Below, one piece after another: positions 13,211 to 25,560 of a DNA stretch of 64,000 nt. A model generated the notes under the pieces. It did no database searches. It saw only the letters and a program-made list of their open reading frames with translations, and was not told the DNA's origin. Made by a program: the position numbers and the translations under genes. Positions within the stretch are counted from its first letter, which is position 1; each line of letters begins with the position of its first letter. This DNA comes from Azolla caroliniana. Lineage: Eukaryota; Plantae; Polypodiophyta. The stretch spans positions 8,928,001 to 8,992,000 of the forward strand of contig JBHGNT010000020.1 of the NCBI GenBank assembly GCA_043228905.1, read 5' to 3'.

Positions 13211-16200
13211 CAAATATTTCATAGAGAAGACTGATTTCACTTGATCTTTTAGAGCATCAAGACTAGTCTTTCTTTTCCCAACTAGCAACATATCATCCAC
13301 ATATAGAACTAGTATGATGGGACTGTCTCCCCTTTCCTCACAGCCAAGATTCTCTTCTTCGCCATAGCTCTCTTCCTCCTCCCTCTTTCTCTTATTATCC
13401 TCTTCACCAATTATACCTCCAATCCCTTCTTCTTCCATCCTTCATTGATATCCTTTTTTGTGTATAAACAATGATCTGCATAGCTACGATCAAAGCCTTG
13501 AGAAAGCATAAAAGTATCAAACTTCTTATACCACTTTCGTGGTGCTTGTTTTAGGCCATACAAGCTACGTTTTAGTTTGCATACCAAATGCTCCTTATTA
13601 GGGACTACAAAACCCTCAGGTTGTTTCATGTAGATCTCTTCATCAATTTCACCATGCAAAAAAGCGGTCTTTACATCCATTTGGTACAACTCCAAATTAA
13701 GCATTGCAGTGAGAGCAAATAGCACACGAAGTGTGGTCATCTTCACAACAGGAGAGAAGAGCTCTTGGAAGTCAATACCTTCCTTCTGTGCATAACCCTT
13801 GGCAACTAATCTTGCCTTGTATTTTGGTTTCCTTTCAATTTCCTTTACCTTATAAACCCACTTATTTGGAAGAGCTTTCCTTCCTTGAGGTAATGACACA
13901 AGATCCCATGTATCATTTGCATATAAAGATTTTATATCTTTTTGTATTGCAAGCTCCCACTTACTGCTAAGTTCACATGACATTGCCTCCTTATAAATAA
14001 GAGGTTCACCCTCATCTGATAGCATGACATAATGCAAAGAGGGGTCATATCTATATACCTGCCTCCTTGAACTATTAGACCTACGTATCCAATGATCAGT
14101 ATTTTCTGGGATTGGTTCTAAATCTGGAGGAAAATAAGTTTCAACACTTTCTGGCTATTGCAAACCATGTCCAACATGTTGTTCAACATCTATATTTTGT
14201 TCTTCAATACCTTCATCTCGTTGACCAATACCTTCATGAGTATCTCTTTGCTGTCCAACTTCTTCTGGCTCAAAGATAATCGGTCGATCATCATATTCAA
14301 CCTTTGGTATAACATCATGAGGTTTATTTTCAGATTTTGTGGATGGCTGTAATTGCTAAAATGTAACGCTCTTAGAGTTCCCAACAGAGAAACAAGTATT
14401 TTTCAGCAATTTTTCTTCATTAAAAACAACATCCCGGTTGCGTACAATTTTTCTGGACTAAGGTAACCAAATCCTATAACCCATTTCACCTTCATCAGCA
14501 TAGCCCATAAAAATGCCCATGGTGGATTTAGCATCGAGCTTATTTCTCAACTCACTTCTAATGTGTACAAATGCATCACAACCGAAAATTCATAAATGGT
14601 CATATGAGGCTAGTTTGCCAAACCAAACCTCCTTAGGGATTCCTTTTGTAAGGACTTGTTGGGAGAATGATTACATATATGAACCACGATTTTTAATGCT
14701 TGTCCCCAAAATTCATGAGGGAGATTAGCTGTGGACAACATACTTCGTACTCGCTCACACAAGGTCCTATTATATCTTTCTGCCACCCCATTTGATGAAG
14801 GCTTATATGGAGCTGTAAGCTCTCTTTTAATACCATGTAAGTCACAATAAGACTTAAATTCTGTAGATGTAAACTCACCCCCATTATCTGTTCTGAGACA
14901 TTTTAGTTTTGTCCCTTTTGGGGTAGTCACAAATGCATGAAAAGATATAAATGCATTAAATGCATCACCTTTCTTTTTCATCAAGTACACCCAAATCTTC
15001 CTAGAATAATCATCGATAATGGAAATAAAATATGCAGCACCGCCCAATGATTTTACAGGCATACTACATACATCATAATGCACCAAATCTAGCACATTTG
15101 GTTTACAAGAGATACTAGAATAATAAGAATTTTTCACTTGTTTGCCAAATAGACAATCATTACAAAAAACCAGTTTTGATCCTTTAACATCAAATCTTTT
15201 CAGAGCAGAAAGGACTTCAAGTCCTTTTTGGCTCGTATGTCCTAATCTCTTATGTCAAAGCTCTAAACGAGATTCAAATTCAGCAATAGCAAGAAACTTT
15301 CCAGGTAAAGCTTTACATTGCAAACAGTACAGAGTGCCCTTTTTGCAACCTTTCACAATAACCATAGATCCTTTCTTTAGTTTCCACAATCCACCACCGA
15401 ATAATGTGGTGTAACCATGCAAATCCATCTGTCCTACAGATAGCAAACTTTTCTTAATGCTAGGTACATACCTAACATCTTTGAGCAGGAGCTCTTGACC
15501 ATTATCCAAAGACAAGTGTATGGTTCCAATACCATCAATATTGCAAGCACCATTGTTACCAAGATAAACTTTTCCATAACTGCCTGCGTTAAATGTGGTA
15601 AAGCACTCCAAACATGGAGTAACATGAAAAGAAGCCCCAGAGTCTACTATCCATGTCTGTGTCAATCCATCATCGATTAACAATAAAGCATCAATAACAT
15701 CTGTTTTGGTGATTTGCATGTCTTGAACATGAGCTATGAAGGCATCACCTGTAATACAAAGTACATCACCATCTTCACCAGATAGGTCTTCAATGATAAC
15801 ATTTGAAGTCATATTAGCTTTCTCTGTTGTATTAAATTTATCATCTTTATTTTTCTTCTTTCCTACATTCTTCTTCCTTTCTAGTTCCATCTTCAAATAT
15901 CTACAATCAGGTTTTGTATGACCGTTACGGCCACACTGATAGCATGTGATATCTTGTTGCTTTCCTTTCCCTCTACTCTTACTTCTATTTCTTTGTCCTA
16001 CATTTGGGTTCCTCTTATCATATCTCCCCCTAATATTGTATGCTGAACCACTGCCTTCTCCACTAGATTGTCTTCTAATCTCTTCGCTGAGGATAGAGCC
16101 CCGCACACCATCGAAGGTCAAGGTAGGGCTATTAGATAGTGAAATAGCTAAAGTTTCCCACGAATCGGGTAAAGTCATAAGTAGGAAGATAGCTTTGAGC

Positions 16201-17078
16201 TTGTCATCAAAAGCTGGTAATCCTGAATCTTGTAGTTGGGAGCGAGTACATGTGAATAACGATAGATGCTCTATTGCACCTTTCGATTCATCAAGCCTTA
16301 TACTAACAAGTTTTCTCATCAAATGCTCCTGATTCACAGGAGTAGTATTCTCGTAAGTTGTCTTAAGTTTCTCCCAAACTTGATGAGCAGTAATCAAGCC
16401 CTTTATATCTACAAGAATTTCATCAGAAACAACCATTTTAATATATGTAATGGCTTTCTTATTCAGAGTGTTCCAAGCATCATTTTCCATGCTCTTTGGT
16501 TTCTTTTCCACGAGAGCATCTTCACAATCTCTCAGAAAGGGGATGCCCAACATATGCTCTTTCCATAATTCGAAACCTTTTCCATCAAATATCTTGATTT
16601 CAAAGAGGTTTTTCATTTCAGTTGAAGTGGAGGCCATTGCTCCCAAGATTTATGACAGATGCCTTCAGAAAATTGAGCAAAATACCAATAGGAAAGGGTT
16701 TGACAGTTATTTTTAAATTTTTTATTAGTTTTTTTTAAACTGGGTTTTCTGCTAATTCTAAATCTAAAAAAAACTAGCAAAATAGAGGAAAGATATTTGG
16801 CTCTGATACTAGTTAAAGGTAAAGAGGGATGTTTGAGGGAGCAACTATTGATTGATGACATTCAACAAACAAGATTGTAGTAGAGATGAGAGTAGAGACC
16901 CAGATTTTTGGGTGTACCCAACCACCTTGATTGGTACACAAGAAAAAAGGTTATTATATTAGTTAACCCTACAAAGAAAGCGCTGTGTTCACATTACAAA
17001 AGGAGGTGTCCTCTCCAAGTGAATAATGTATTCACATATACGAATAATTACCTAATTTGTGAACTATGGGCCTTTACA
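13211..17078 (-). mobile_element. Ty1/copia element, family F, inserted in the LINE; 3' end deleted within RT
   Basis: 5' LTR ~16814-17078 (sense start TGTAAAGG), PBS TAGTATCAGAGC at 16800-16811, gag-PR ORF 15255-16646 (CYQCGRNGHTKPDC, DSGASFH), integrase 14610-15137, RT 13411-14037, LYVDDMLL. Confidence 0.92.
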
Positions 17079-18230
17079 CCTAACAAACCATAAGGCACTT
17101 TTGAGCTTCACGACATTCTTTATCAAACCAATTTTTCCTAAGTTTCTTCGTGCATTTCCAAGATGTGCGGTTGGTCGAAAAACATTTTCTTGTACATGAG
17201 AGAATGACTTTCTTGAAAGCTTCCCATTGGCATTCTAGTGTGGCACCATGTTGTATCTTTGTCATTTGTAACATATCCTCAACCATCTTGGAATACATGG
17301 GCGCTCGGTTAAGGTTCATGCTCAAGTGTGGTTGTTTATTATCTTCAATAGCCTTCTCACAATCAAACCTATGCATACATTTGACATCAATACATAAAGG
17401 CCTATGATCAGATTATGGTGTCCATTCACCAAGTGAGAATTTATCTATACGATCCAAAATACCTTCGGAAAGTATCACATAGTCAATCACACTATTTCCA
17501 TTGTGTTTTCTACATGTAAAATCATTAGTGTTGGGCCATAAGGAAATACCATTTGCAATAAGCAATCCGGTACTATTGCATATTTGTAGGACTAACTTCC
17601 CAAAGTGGTCCAAATCTTTTTCATTGCAAGAAGAGCGGCTATACATTTGCATATCCTCTTGCATCCTTGAGATATGTGGCATGAAAGATTCTTGTGAATG
17701 AAGTTGGAAAGTTCTTGTACGAGCATTCATGTCACCAAAGACAATAATTTCCCCTTTGGATTTGAAATAAGCAATATCATCTTCTCGATTGGTAAAAGGT
17801 TGATCTTTATCCAAAAAAGCATAAAAGTCAGAATCTTGGTGAGGAATGTAACATCTAATTACAAAAGTGAGCAAATCGTTACGTGTTTCTATTTTGAGCC
17901 ATATGTAGCATTTACATTCATCATTTTTTATGATTGACACATATTTCTCTATTTCCTTCTCAATCCAACATGCCACCCCTCCTTATCCTCTTCTTTCTCT
18001 TGGATTTTTCTCCCATATCAAAGAGTGTACATTATAGTTTCCTAAACCTTGAATCCTTTGAGTATAATGCTCCCATGTTTTAATAAGAAGTGTGATATCT
18101 GAGTCATCGGTGAACTCCTCTATGCCAAATCCCGCATTCCATGGGTATCCATTGCAATTCCAAAAGCATAGTCGTAAAAGGCGTGGGCTAGTCTCATAGG
18201 TCACGTGTCCCTATTTGCCTACATTTCCAT
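17079..18230 (-). mobile_element. LINE apurinic endonuclease (APE) region; probably the 5' part of the LINE at 11885-13210
   Basis: FWNCNG, TWEH, YIPH, GDMNART, SVIDY and SDH motifs. No ORF1 is visible upstream, consistent with the RTE group. Confidence 0.87.
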
Positions 18231-18251
18231 CTTTAGGCACATTTGCCTACA

Positions 18252-18255
<4 letters not shown>

Positions 18256-18302
<47 letters not shown>

Positions 18303-18599
18303 AACATGATGTATACAGAAAACAAGAAAATTGTATTAACAAGGAGCAAGAATAAAACTGACCATTACAAAGAGGAGGAGAAGGTGCTTATGTAGTCACC
18401 TTCTCCCTATGTTCTCTCACTACGACCATCACTTGGAAAGGAAGTGGAGACTTAACTGTAACCTACTAAATATGTGTCATAGAGCTTAAAGTTCCATGAC
18501 ACACTAGTTACTATACTAGGATAGGAGGTGTGGTGTTCACACACTTGAGTATACTAAAGTGTGTTCCCACACTAGGGAAGTTGAGTTTGATTCTCAACA
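18256..18599 (-). repeat. (CA)n tract plus probable LTR fragment of an unassigned family
   Basis: Ends ...ATTCTCAACA (minus TGTTGAG), non-coding, directly abuts the resumed gypsy extra ORF. Confidence 0.4.
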
Positions 18600-19979
18600 A
18601 AAAGAACAACAAAAGCGGACACCGAAGTCCATAATATCCGCGACCGATTCTGGAGGGCACATCATCAGATGGAAGGGTTCCAGACGAAACTCCAGGACGC
18701 TTTGATCCTGCCAGGAGGAAATGGATCAACTCAATGGTCAACTTACACGTCTCAAAATACATTTTAACAGGAAACAAAGAATAATCGATGACCTCCAAGC
18801 TGCTCTTAAAACACAAGAGTTAAATGAGAAGCACATAACTACATTCGAAGCTGACAAAGAGGACATGACACAATGCTACAAATAGCTCATCGAGAAGTAT
18901 GAATAGGTACGAAAAGCACTCATTGTGGCAGAAGCAAAAGTGATGTCCGAGCACGACTCCATGACAAGTCGACAAGAAGAGCTAAAAAATGAAATCAGTG
19001 CTTTAAAGCATTGACTTGACATGGGAGAGGAAAAGGTGCAAGCTATCTTGAATAGACAAAAGCAAAAGATGCATTAGGCCATCAGAAAAGCTCTGGACGA
19101 GGGGTGGAAGCAGTGGTCGGCTCAAGCGGATGAATTACAATTATTACGAGTCGATCATGAGAATTGGAAAAAGCAAGGTCAAGGATTCTTCAAGATGGAT
19201 GAGGAGAGCATAACCACAGTACGAGACGAGCTGACCGGAGATACCTATGAACTAACAGTGCACCACAAGGAGGAAATCAACAAGTTGCTAGAAGAATATG
19301 ATGACCAACAGATTACACTTGCTCTAGAACTCTACTCTTATGAAAAGGAATGCCTCCAACAAGAGACACAACAAGATGTAACAGAGGCCAAGGATGAGGT
19401 AACAGAGCAACTAGGACAGGAGTCATAGTCGGACCATGACAGGGATGAGCAGGAGTCTGGCCAAATTGAATGAATTAGTGAGAGAATAGCATCGGAGAAG
19501 TTACAACGAGAAAACCTAGATCAAGAGAGAGAGGCAAAGTCGACTCTACAAACTGAGCAATCACAGAAACCACAAGATCAGTCAACTTGGAATGACACTA
19601 AAGATCAAGAAGTCAAGAAACCCAATCTGTTGGACATCCTAAATGAGGAGGAGGACGAAGATGAGATTGAGGACGAAGACCACAAAGGGAATCAACAGAA
19701 TGATAATGAAGACCCGAATAATGACGACCAAGAGGATGAGGGACAATGAAGCAAACGACCATTGCTAAGTTTTTGGGTTCAGTCGTGCAATGCATTATCC
19801 CATGGGCATGCCATGTATTAGCTAGTCGGCTAGCCGAAGGATACTAGTCAGAGTCGGAGTAATAATAGACTAGTGTGAAAGGAAGTAGCTGAAATAGTGA
19901 TTTTGTTAAGATACAAGCTCAATGTTGGCCAGATCGGTTGGGCCCGATCGGTTAGGCTGGACCGGGGCGTAAACCGAGG
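18600..19979 (+). mobile_element. 3' end of a degraded gypsy D/E-family element: extra-ORF C-terminus, tRNA-like motif 19797-19813, start of 3' LTR at ~19816
   Basis: LDEGWKQWSAQADELQLLRVDHENWKKQG is homologous to WWTKWAQNAAELQLLRADVANRRKEG (53800-53890). Followed by ATCCCATGGGCATGCCA-TG-TATTAG. Confidence 0.75.
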
Positions 19980-22900
19980 TGAAACAAATAGTGTGCGGAA
20001 GCAATAGAAAACAGAAAATAGGTTTAATGGAGAGCTTAATAGTACGCGGGAGAGACAGAGAGAGAGAGAGCACACAGAAACTCAATTCAAAAAATACTAC
20101 TCAGTCTGTACATCATATGTGTTCAACGAACACTTTTATACAAGTCCATACGGACTGACAGAAGTACGGTGTACTTCAATGCTCACACGAGCGTCTGACA
20201 CTAACTACGAGATATTAACTCCCTAGTAGACTAGCTACTACTTGGCTTCCGGTTACTGCTTGATCCAGCTAACCGGCTCCCCAGCTCACCGGCTCACCGA
20301 TCAGGCTCAGGCTTATTCAGCTGATCAGGATCCGGTTGAGCTTTCCGCTCAACACTCCCCCTCAAGCTCAATTTGAGGTCGGATTGTAGGGTCAGTCTCT
20401 ATGGCAGCAGATCCTTCCACCTGGCTCCTTCTGGCGTCACTCCGCCTCGTTCGCGCTCCTCATCCGGTCCGGTCCCGTTTTCTGCAACCCTTCTGTTTCT
20501 GCACAACTCGACCTCCTCGGTCGGCTTGTCTGCTCATCAGGCCCAAATCAGCTCCCTCGCTGCTGTGACTTCGGCGCTTGTCGTCCCACCGATTCCTTTG
20601 TATTGGCGTCGACTTTTGCTACCTTCTCATTCTCTTGGCCTTGAATTGATCCGGTTCTTCCGAATCCTTCTGTAGAACCGAATCAGTTGTCTCCAATTCG
20701 TTCTAGCTCTTGTCCGAATCGGTTGCTCCCAATTCGTCTTCTGGTTCCAGGCCCTTCACCACATTAGACCATGTCCGGGTCTTGGCCTTCTTCTTCCGGT
20801 CGGCTCTGTCCTTCTTGACTCTGCCTCCGTTGCCGCTTGTTTCGACTTGTTCGGATGTGTGAACTACCTTTGTCGACTCGGCTCCTTTCTTCTTCTTGTC
20901 TCCCCCTTTGTCGGTTCTTCCTTCACCGGCGCAATCGACAGTCTCTTTGCCTTTGCCTGTTCCGGTGTCTTTGCCCGTTCTCCCCCTCAAGTGTGGCACG
21001 TCGAGATGCTGAACACCAAGCATTTCGGTGAAGTGTTGTAACTTGTCCGATCCGAGCGGTTTGGTGAAGATGTCAGCAACTTGCCGATCCATATGAACAT
21101 ACTGAAGTTCGACTTCACGGCTCAGGACACGCTCACATACGAAGTGATAGTGCACTTCTATGTGCTTTGTGTGAGCATGGAATACAGGGTTCTTGGTGAG
21201 CTGCATGTTGCTTATGTTGTCGCAATAGATCAGGATCGGGGTCGGCACCTCAATCCCCAAGTCGTGCAGCAGTCGCTGAAGCCAAATGGCTTCACAGGTG
21301 GCAACGGTAGCGCCCCGATATTCAGTCTCAGTGCTCGACAGAGCCACTGTTGGCTGCTTTTTGCTGCTCCATGCAACAGTCGTGCTACCAAGTGAAAACA
21401 TATAGCCGGAAGTGGAACGACGATCTGATGCATCGCCGGCCCAGTTGGCATCCGTGTAGGCGACTAGCTCTTCGTCGGTATAACAATCCCCGGTCCTTCG
21501 TGCTGCTCACATACCGCTGTATTCGGTGCGCGCACTGAAGATGCTCGACGGTCGGCTGATTTCATCGAGGCCGGGTCCAGTGATGACTAGATCATCAACA
21601 TACAACAAGATGCATACCGGACCGTCCGAACCTTGCGGATGAACAAGGAAGAGTCAGACTTGGAGGCCGCAAACCCCATCTTATGCAACCGGTGCATGAT
21701 CTTTGCATTCCAAGCTCGGGGGGCTTGCTTTAGGCCATAAAGTGACTTCTTTAGCCGGCATACAGCTGACTTGTTCATCTCCAACTGGAAACCGGGAGGT
21801 TGGGTCATAAAGAACTCTTCTTCTAGATCTCCTTGAAGAAAGGCATTCTTCACGTCCATCTGGTGAAGATGCCACTCCCTTGCCGCAACAACCGCTAGCA
21901 CCACACGAACTGTCGTGATCTTAGCTACCGGAGCGAAGGTCTCGTCGAAGTCGATTCCGTGGGTCTGCGTGTATCCCTTTGCCACTAACCGGGCCTTGTA
22001 CTGGTTAACTGAATTGTCAACGTTGTACTTTACCTTGTACACCCACTTGCATCCGATCGGTTTACTATGACGGGGAGGTTCAACTAGGTCCCATGTATCG
22101 TTGGCATCAAGTGTCCGCATCTCTTCCTCCATAGCGGCACGCCAATTTGCATCCCTTGCCGCTTCTGCGTAGCTCTCCGGCTCATGCACTTCCGCCACCT
22201 TCGTCATGTACGCATAGTGATGTGCCATGTACACATTGTACCTGTACCGCTTAATAGGTTCCTTCTGGCGGGTTGACCGGCGTAACCCACTGTTACCTGG
22301 TTTGAGGCCCTTCTTAGCCGGTTCACTCTTCATTGCCGAAGGACCGTCATATTCTTTTCCGGAGTTGGATCTGCTCCGCACCGACTCAACATTACCGGTT
22401 TCATAATCCGGCATCTTCTCTTCCCCTTCTCTTTGCACATGAACCGTCTCCTCGGTTCCTTGCGCGGGGAGTGCACGGCAGAGTCTGCACTACTCGCCGG
22501 TTCCTCATCTGACTGGTCCAGTCTCTCGTTCGGCCCACTCAACCGAAACGATTCTGGACTCTCTTCTTGAGTCCCGGATTCATCATCTTTTATCTGGACC
22601 GGTTCAAGCTCACTAGCCTCATCCTCTGGTATCGGGTCGGGGTCGGAAGTCGGAGCCGGTAAGGCATACCATGATGCCATCTCATCAAGCTCAACGTCGC
22701 AACTAACTCGGACCTGCTTCGTCCGGGGGTTATAACACTTATACCCCTTTTGCTCATGTGAGTAGTCGACGAGGATGCACTTTTCCGATTTTGCATCCAG
22801 CTTCCTCCGCTTCTCATCTGGTACATGCATATATACAATGCTACCGAATATCTACAGGTGTCTCAAATTCAGCTTGCGCCCGAAATATAGCTCATGCGTT

Positions 22901-25422
22901 GACACCTTGGCACTGATCTGGTTTTGGATGTAGACAGCCGTCCGGACCGCCTCCGCCCAGTAGAAATGGGGCACGCTCTTCTCTTCCAACATTGCCCTTG
23001 CCGCGTCGACAAGCAACTGGTTCTTCCTCTCAGCCACACCGTTTTGCTCCGGTGTGTATCTGCAGGTGAACTCCCTCCGAATTCCTGTTTGTTGTAGATA
23101 ACTGTTGAATTGGCCGGAAAAATATTCTTTTCCGCCATCTGACCATAGGCACTTGATCTTCCTCTCCGATTCCCGTTCCACCATGCTTTGGAGGTTCCGG
23201 AAACAATCGAAGACTTCGCTCTTCCGCTCAATGAGGTAGATCCATGTGTGCCGACTGTAGTCGTCGATGAAGGAGACAAAATATCAACTCCCGCCAAGAC
23301 TCACGTTCTGTGCCGGTCCCCATACATCCGAATGAATAAGGTCGAGCTTGTTACTACTACGATTTCGTTCGGTGGGGAATGGAAGCCGGTGTTGCTTCCC
23401 GAGTTGGGAGGCTTCACATACTTGGGCCTTCCGGCCACTGAACTTCGGCAAACTGAAAACAACTTGTTTCGTTTGCAGGTCTTGAAGCCTCCGGTAATTG
23501 ACGTGGCCGATCTGCTTGTGCCAGAGATCGATGTCCGATTCAATCTTCTGTCCTTTGGCGAACAAAGCGGTGTCGACGTCATTGGTGTCGAGGAGGAACA
23601 TCCTCCTGTCTCTGCACCCTTGCGCAATAATCTGGCCCTCTTCCTCGATGAAGCACCCGAGGTGCATAAACCGCACCTGCATTCCCTGGTCAACGATCTG
23701 TCCGACTGACACCAGGATCTTTGTGATAGTCGGAATGTGTAATACGTTCATTAGCTTCCCCCTCTGTCCGACGTGGCTCAAAGGGACTTCTCCGACCTGC
23801 ACGATTGGGTGAGGAGTGTTGTCTCCGGTTTCGACAACTCCCGGTTGTTCCGATTTCTCCAGGAAGGAGAACCACTCTTTGTGGTTCGTCATGTGATTGG
23901 ATGCACCAGAATCAACGTACCACACTTCCTCCAATTTGGAAGTGGTCTTCGTCATCGAATTTTCCTCGTGCTTCATCACCAAGGTTGGCCCCTTACCGGT
24001 CTTCCCGGTTCCGGATCCTTTTGATCATTGTGCGTAGTGTGAGCTTTGCCGGTTCTCCCGACCGGTTTTGCCGGATCCAGATTTGTTTGAATCAGCGCGC
24101 TTCTTCCAACATTCCGTGGTGGATTTTTCTTGCCGGCCTCCGGCGCCACCTTGACTCCCCCTGGTATTGGAGGTCCCGGAACTGCTGTCGGCACGGTCTC
24201 TGTGCCGTCTTTCCTGCTCTTGCCAGCCGCCTCCAGTGCGTGCCAACCCGCCTCGTCCACCACGCCCATGGGGCCGATCCGCCTCCGTGTACAGCATCCG
24301 GCTGTCAGTGGGTGCACTTGTTGACGCACTAGCGTGGTTCTCCTCTACAAGGAGCATCGACTATAAGTCGAAAAATGACGGCGTATTCTCCCTCGTACAG
24401 ACCGCCATTCGGAAAGCTCCGAACTTGGACGCTACCCCACCAAGGCACACTTGGACCATCTCATCCTCCTCGACATTTACATTGACGGAGGCGAGTGAGT
24501 CACAAATTTCCTTGATTCGGGCCGTGTAATCTGCCACAGATAGATTTTTTTGTCAGACATTGCTAAGCTCTTGCCTAAGCTGCAACTTCCTGGCCGTTGT
24601 GTTGGTGGCGAAAACCTTCTTCAGGTTTCCCCAAGCTTCTTTTGGCATTTTGGCATCTCGGATATGGCTTAGCAGCTGGTCTCCGAGACTGGAGGCGAAG
24701 CAGTACATCACTCTCCTTGCCGCTTGTTCCAACACTGGGAAGTCCTTGTGTGCCGCATCAAGTGTTGTGTCGTTAGCTCCATCGACATAGCTCCAGTACC
24801 CATGCCCAAGCAGGTACTGGTGCATCTTGTATGACCAAGATGCGTAGTTGAATCTGTCGAGCTTCTCCACCGGGAGCGAGCTAGCCATTCCTCTATCCAT
24901 TTGTTTGTCTATTGTTCTGTTCTTACAATGGTTAGGTTTTCTTCTTGTGAAAGCCAATGTCGGTTGCAGAGGTCTTCAACCCTCGCGCTCTGATACCATG
25001 TAGAAACAAATAGCGTACGGAAGCAATAGAAAACAGAAAACAGAAAACAGGTTTAGTGGAGAGCTTAACAGTACGCGGGAGAGACAGAGAGAGAGCGCAC
25101 ACAGAAACTCAATTTTAAAAAATACTACTCAGTCTGTACATCGTATGTGTTCAGTGAACACTTTTATACAAGTCCATGTGATTGACAGAAGTACGGTGTA
25201 CTTCAATGCTCACACGAGCGTTTGACACTAACTACGAGATATTAACTCCCTAGTAGACTAGCTGCTACTTGGCTTCCAGTTACTGTTTGATCCAGCTAAT
25301 TGGCTCCCCAGCTCACCGGCTCACTTGCTCACTGGATCATCAATCTGGCTCATCCTTCTGGATGACGATCCGGCTTAGGCTTATTCAGCCGATTCAGATC
25401 CGGTTGATCTTGCCGCTCAACA
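19980..25422 (-). mobile_element. Ty1/copia element, family B, two LTRs (19980-20354, 24999-25422), no matching TSD
   Basis: Perfect PBS TGGTATCAGAGC (24987-24998), PPT TTGAGGGGGAG (20355-20365), gag 24553-24957, protease YVDSGASNH, integrase, RT 21587-22438, RNase H 20703-21401. Confidence 0.95.
20703..24903 (-). pseudogene. Copia family B gag-pol with frameshifts, stops and an internal RT deletion near 21560
   Basis: ORF pieces in gag-PR-INT-RT-RH order; ADIFTKPL; Lys-rich C-terminal extension after LRG. Confidence 0.9.
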
Positions 25423-25515
25423 AGCTCATTTATGAGCATTGAAGTACGTGTCAGTACTTTTGTCACTAAGCACATCCTACAGATTGAGCATTATTATTTT
25501 GATTAGAGTGGTGTG

Positions 25516-25560
<45 letters not shown>

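Noticed and set aside
18377-18407. 10-bp hairpin GGAGAAGGTG...CACCTTCTCC
   Set aside because: Single short stem within a probable LTR fragment; no evidence of function.
19916-25427. AGCTC at 19916-19920 and 25423-25427 as the TSD of copia B
   Set aside because: The left copy is 59 bp from the LTR end at 19980; probably coincidence.
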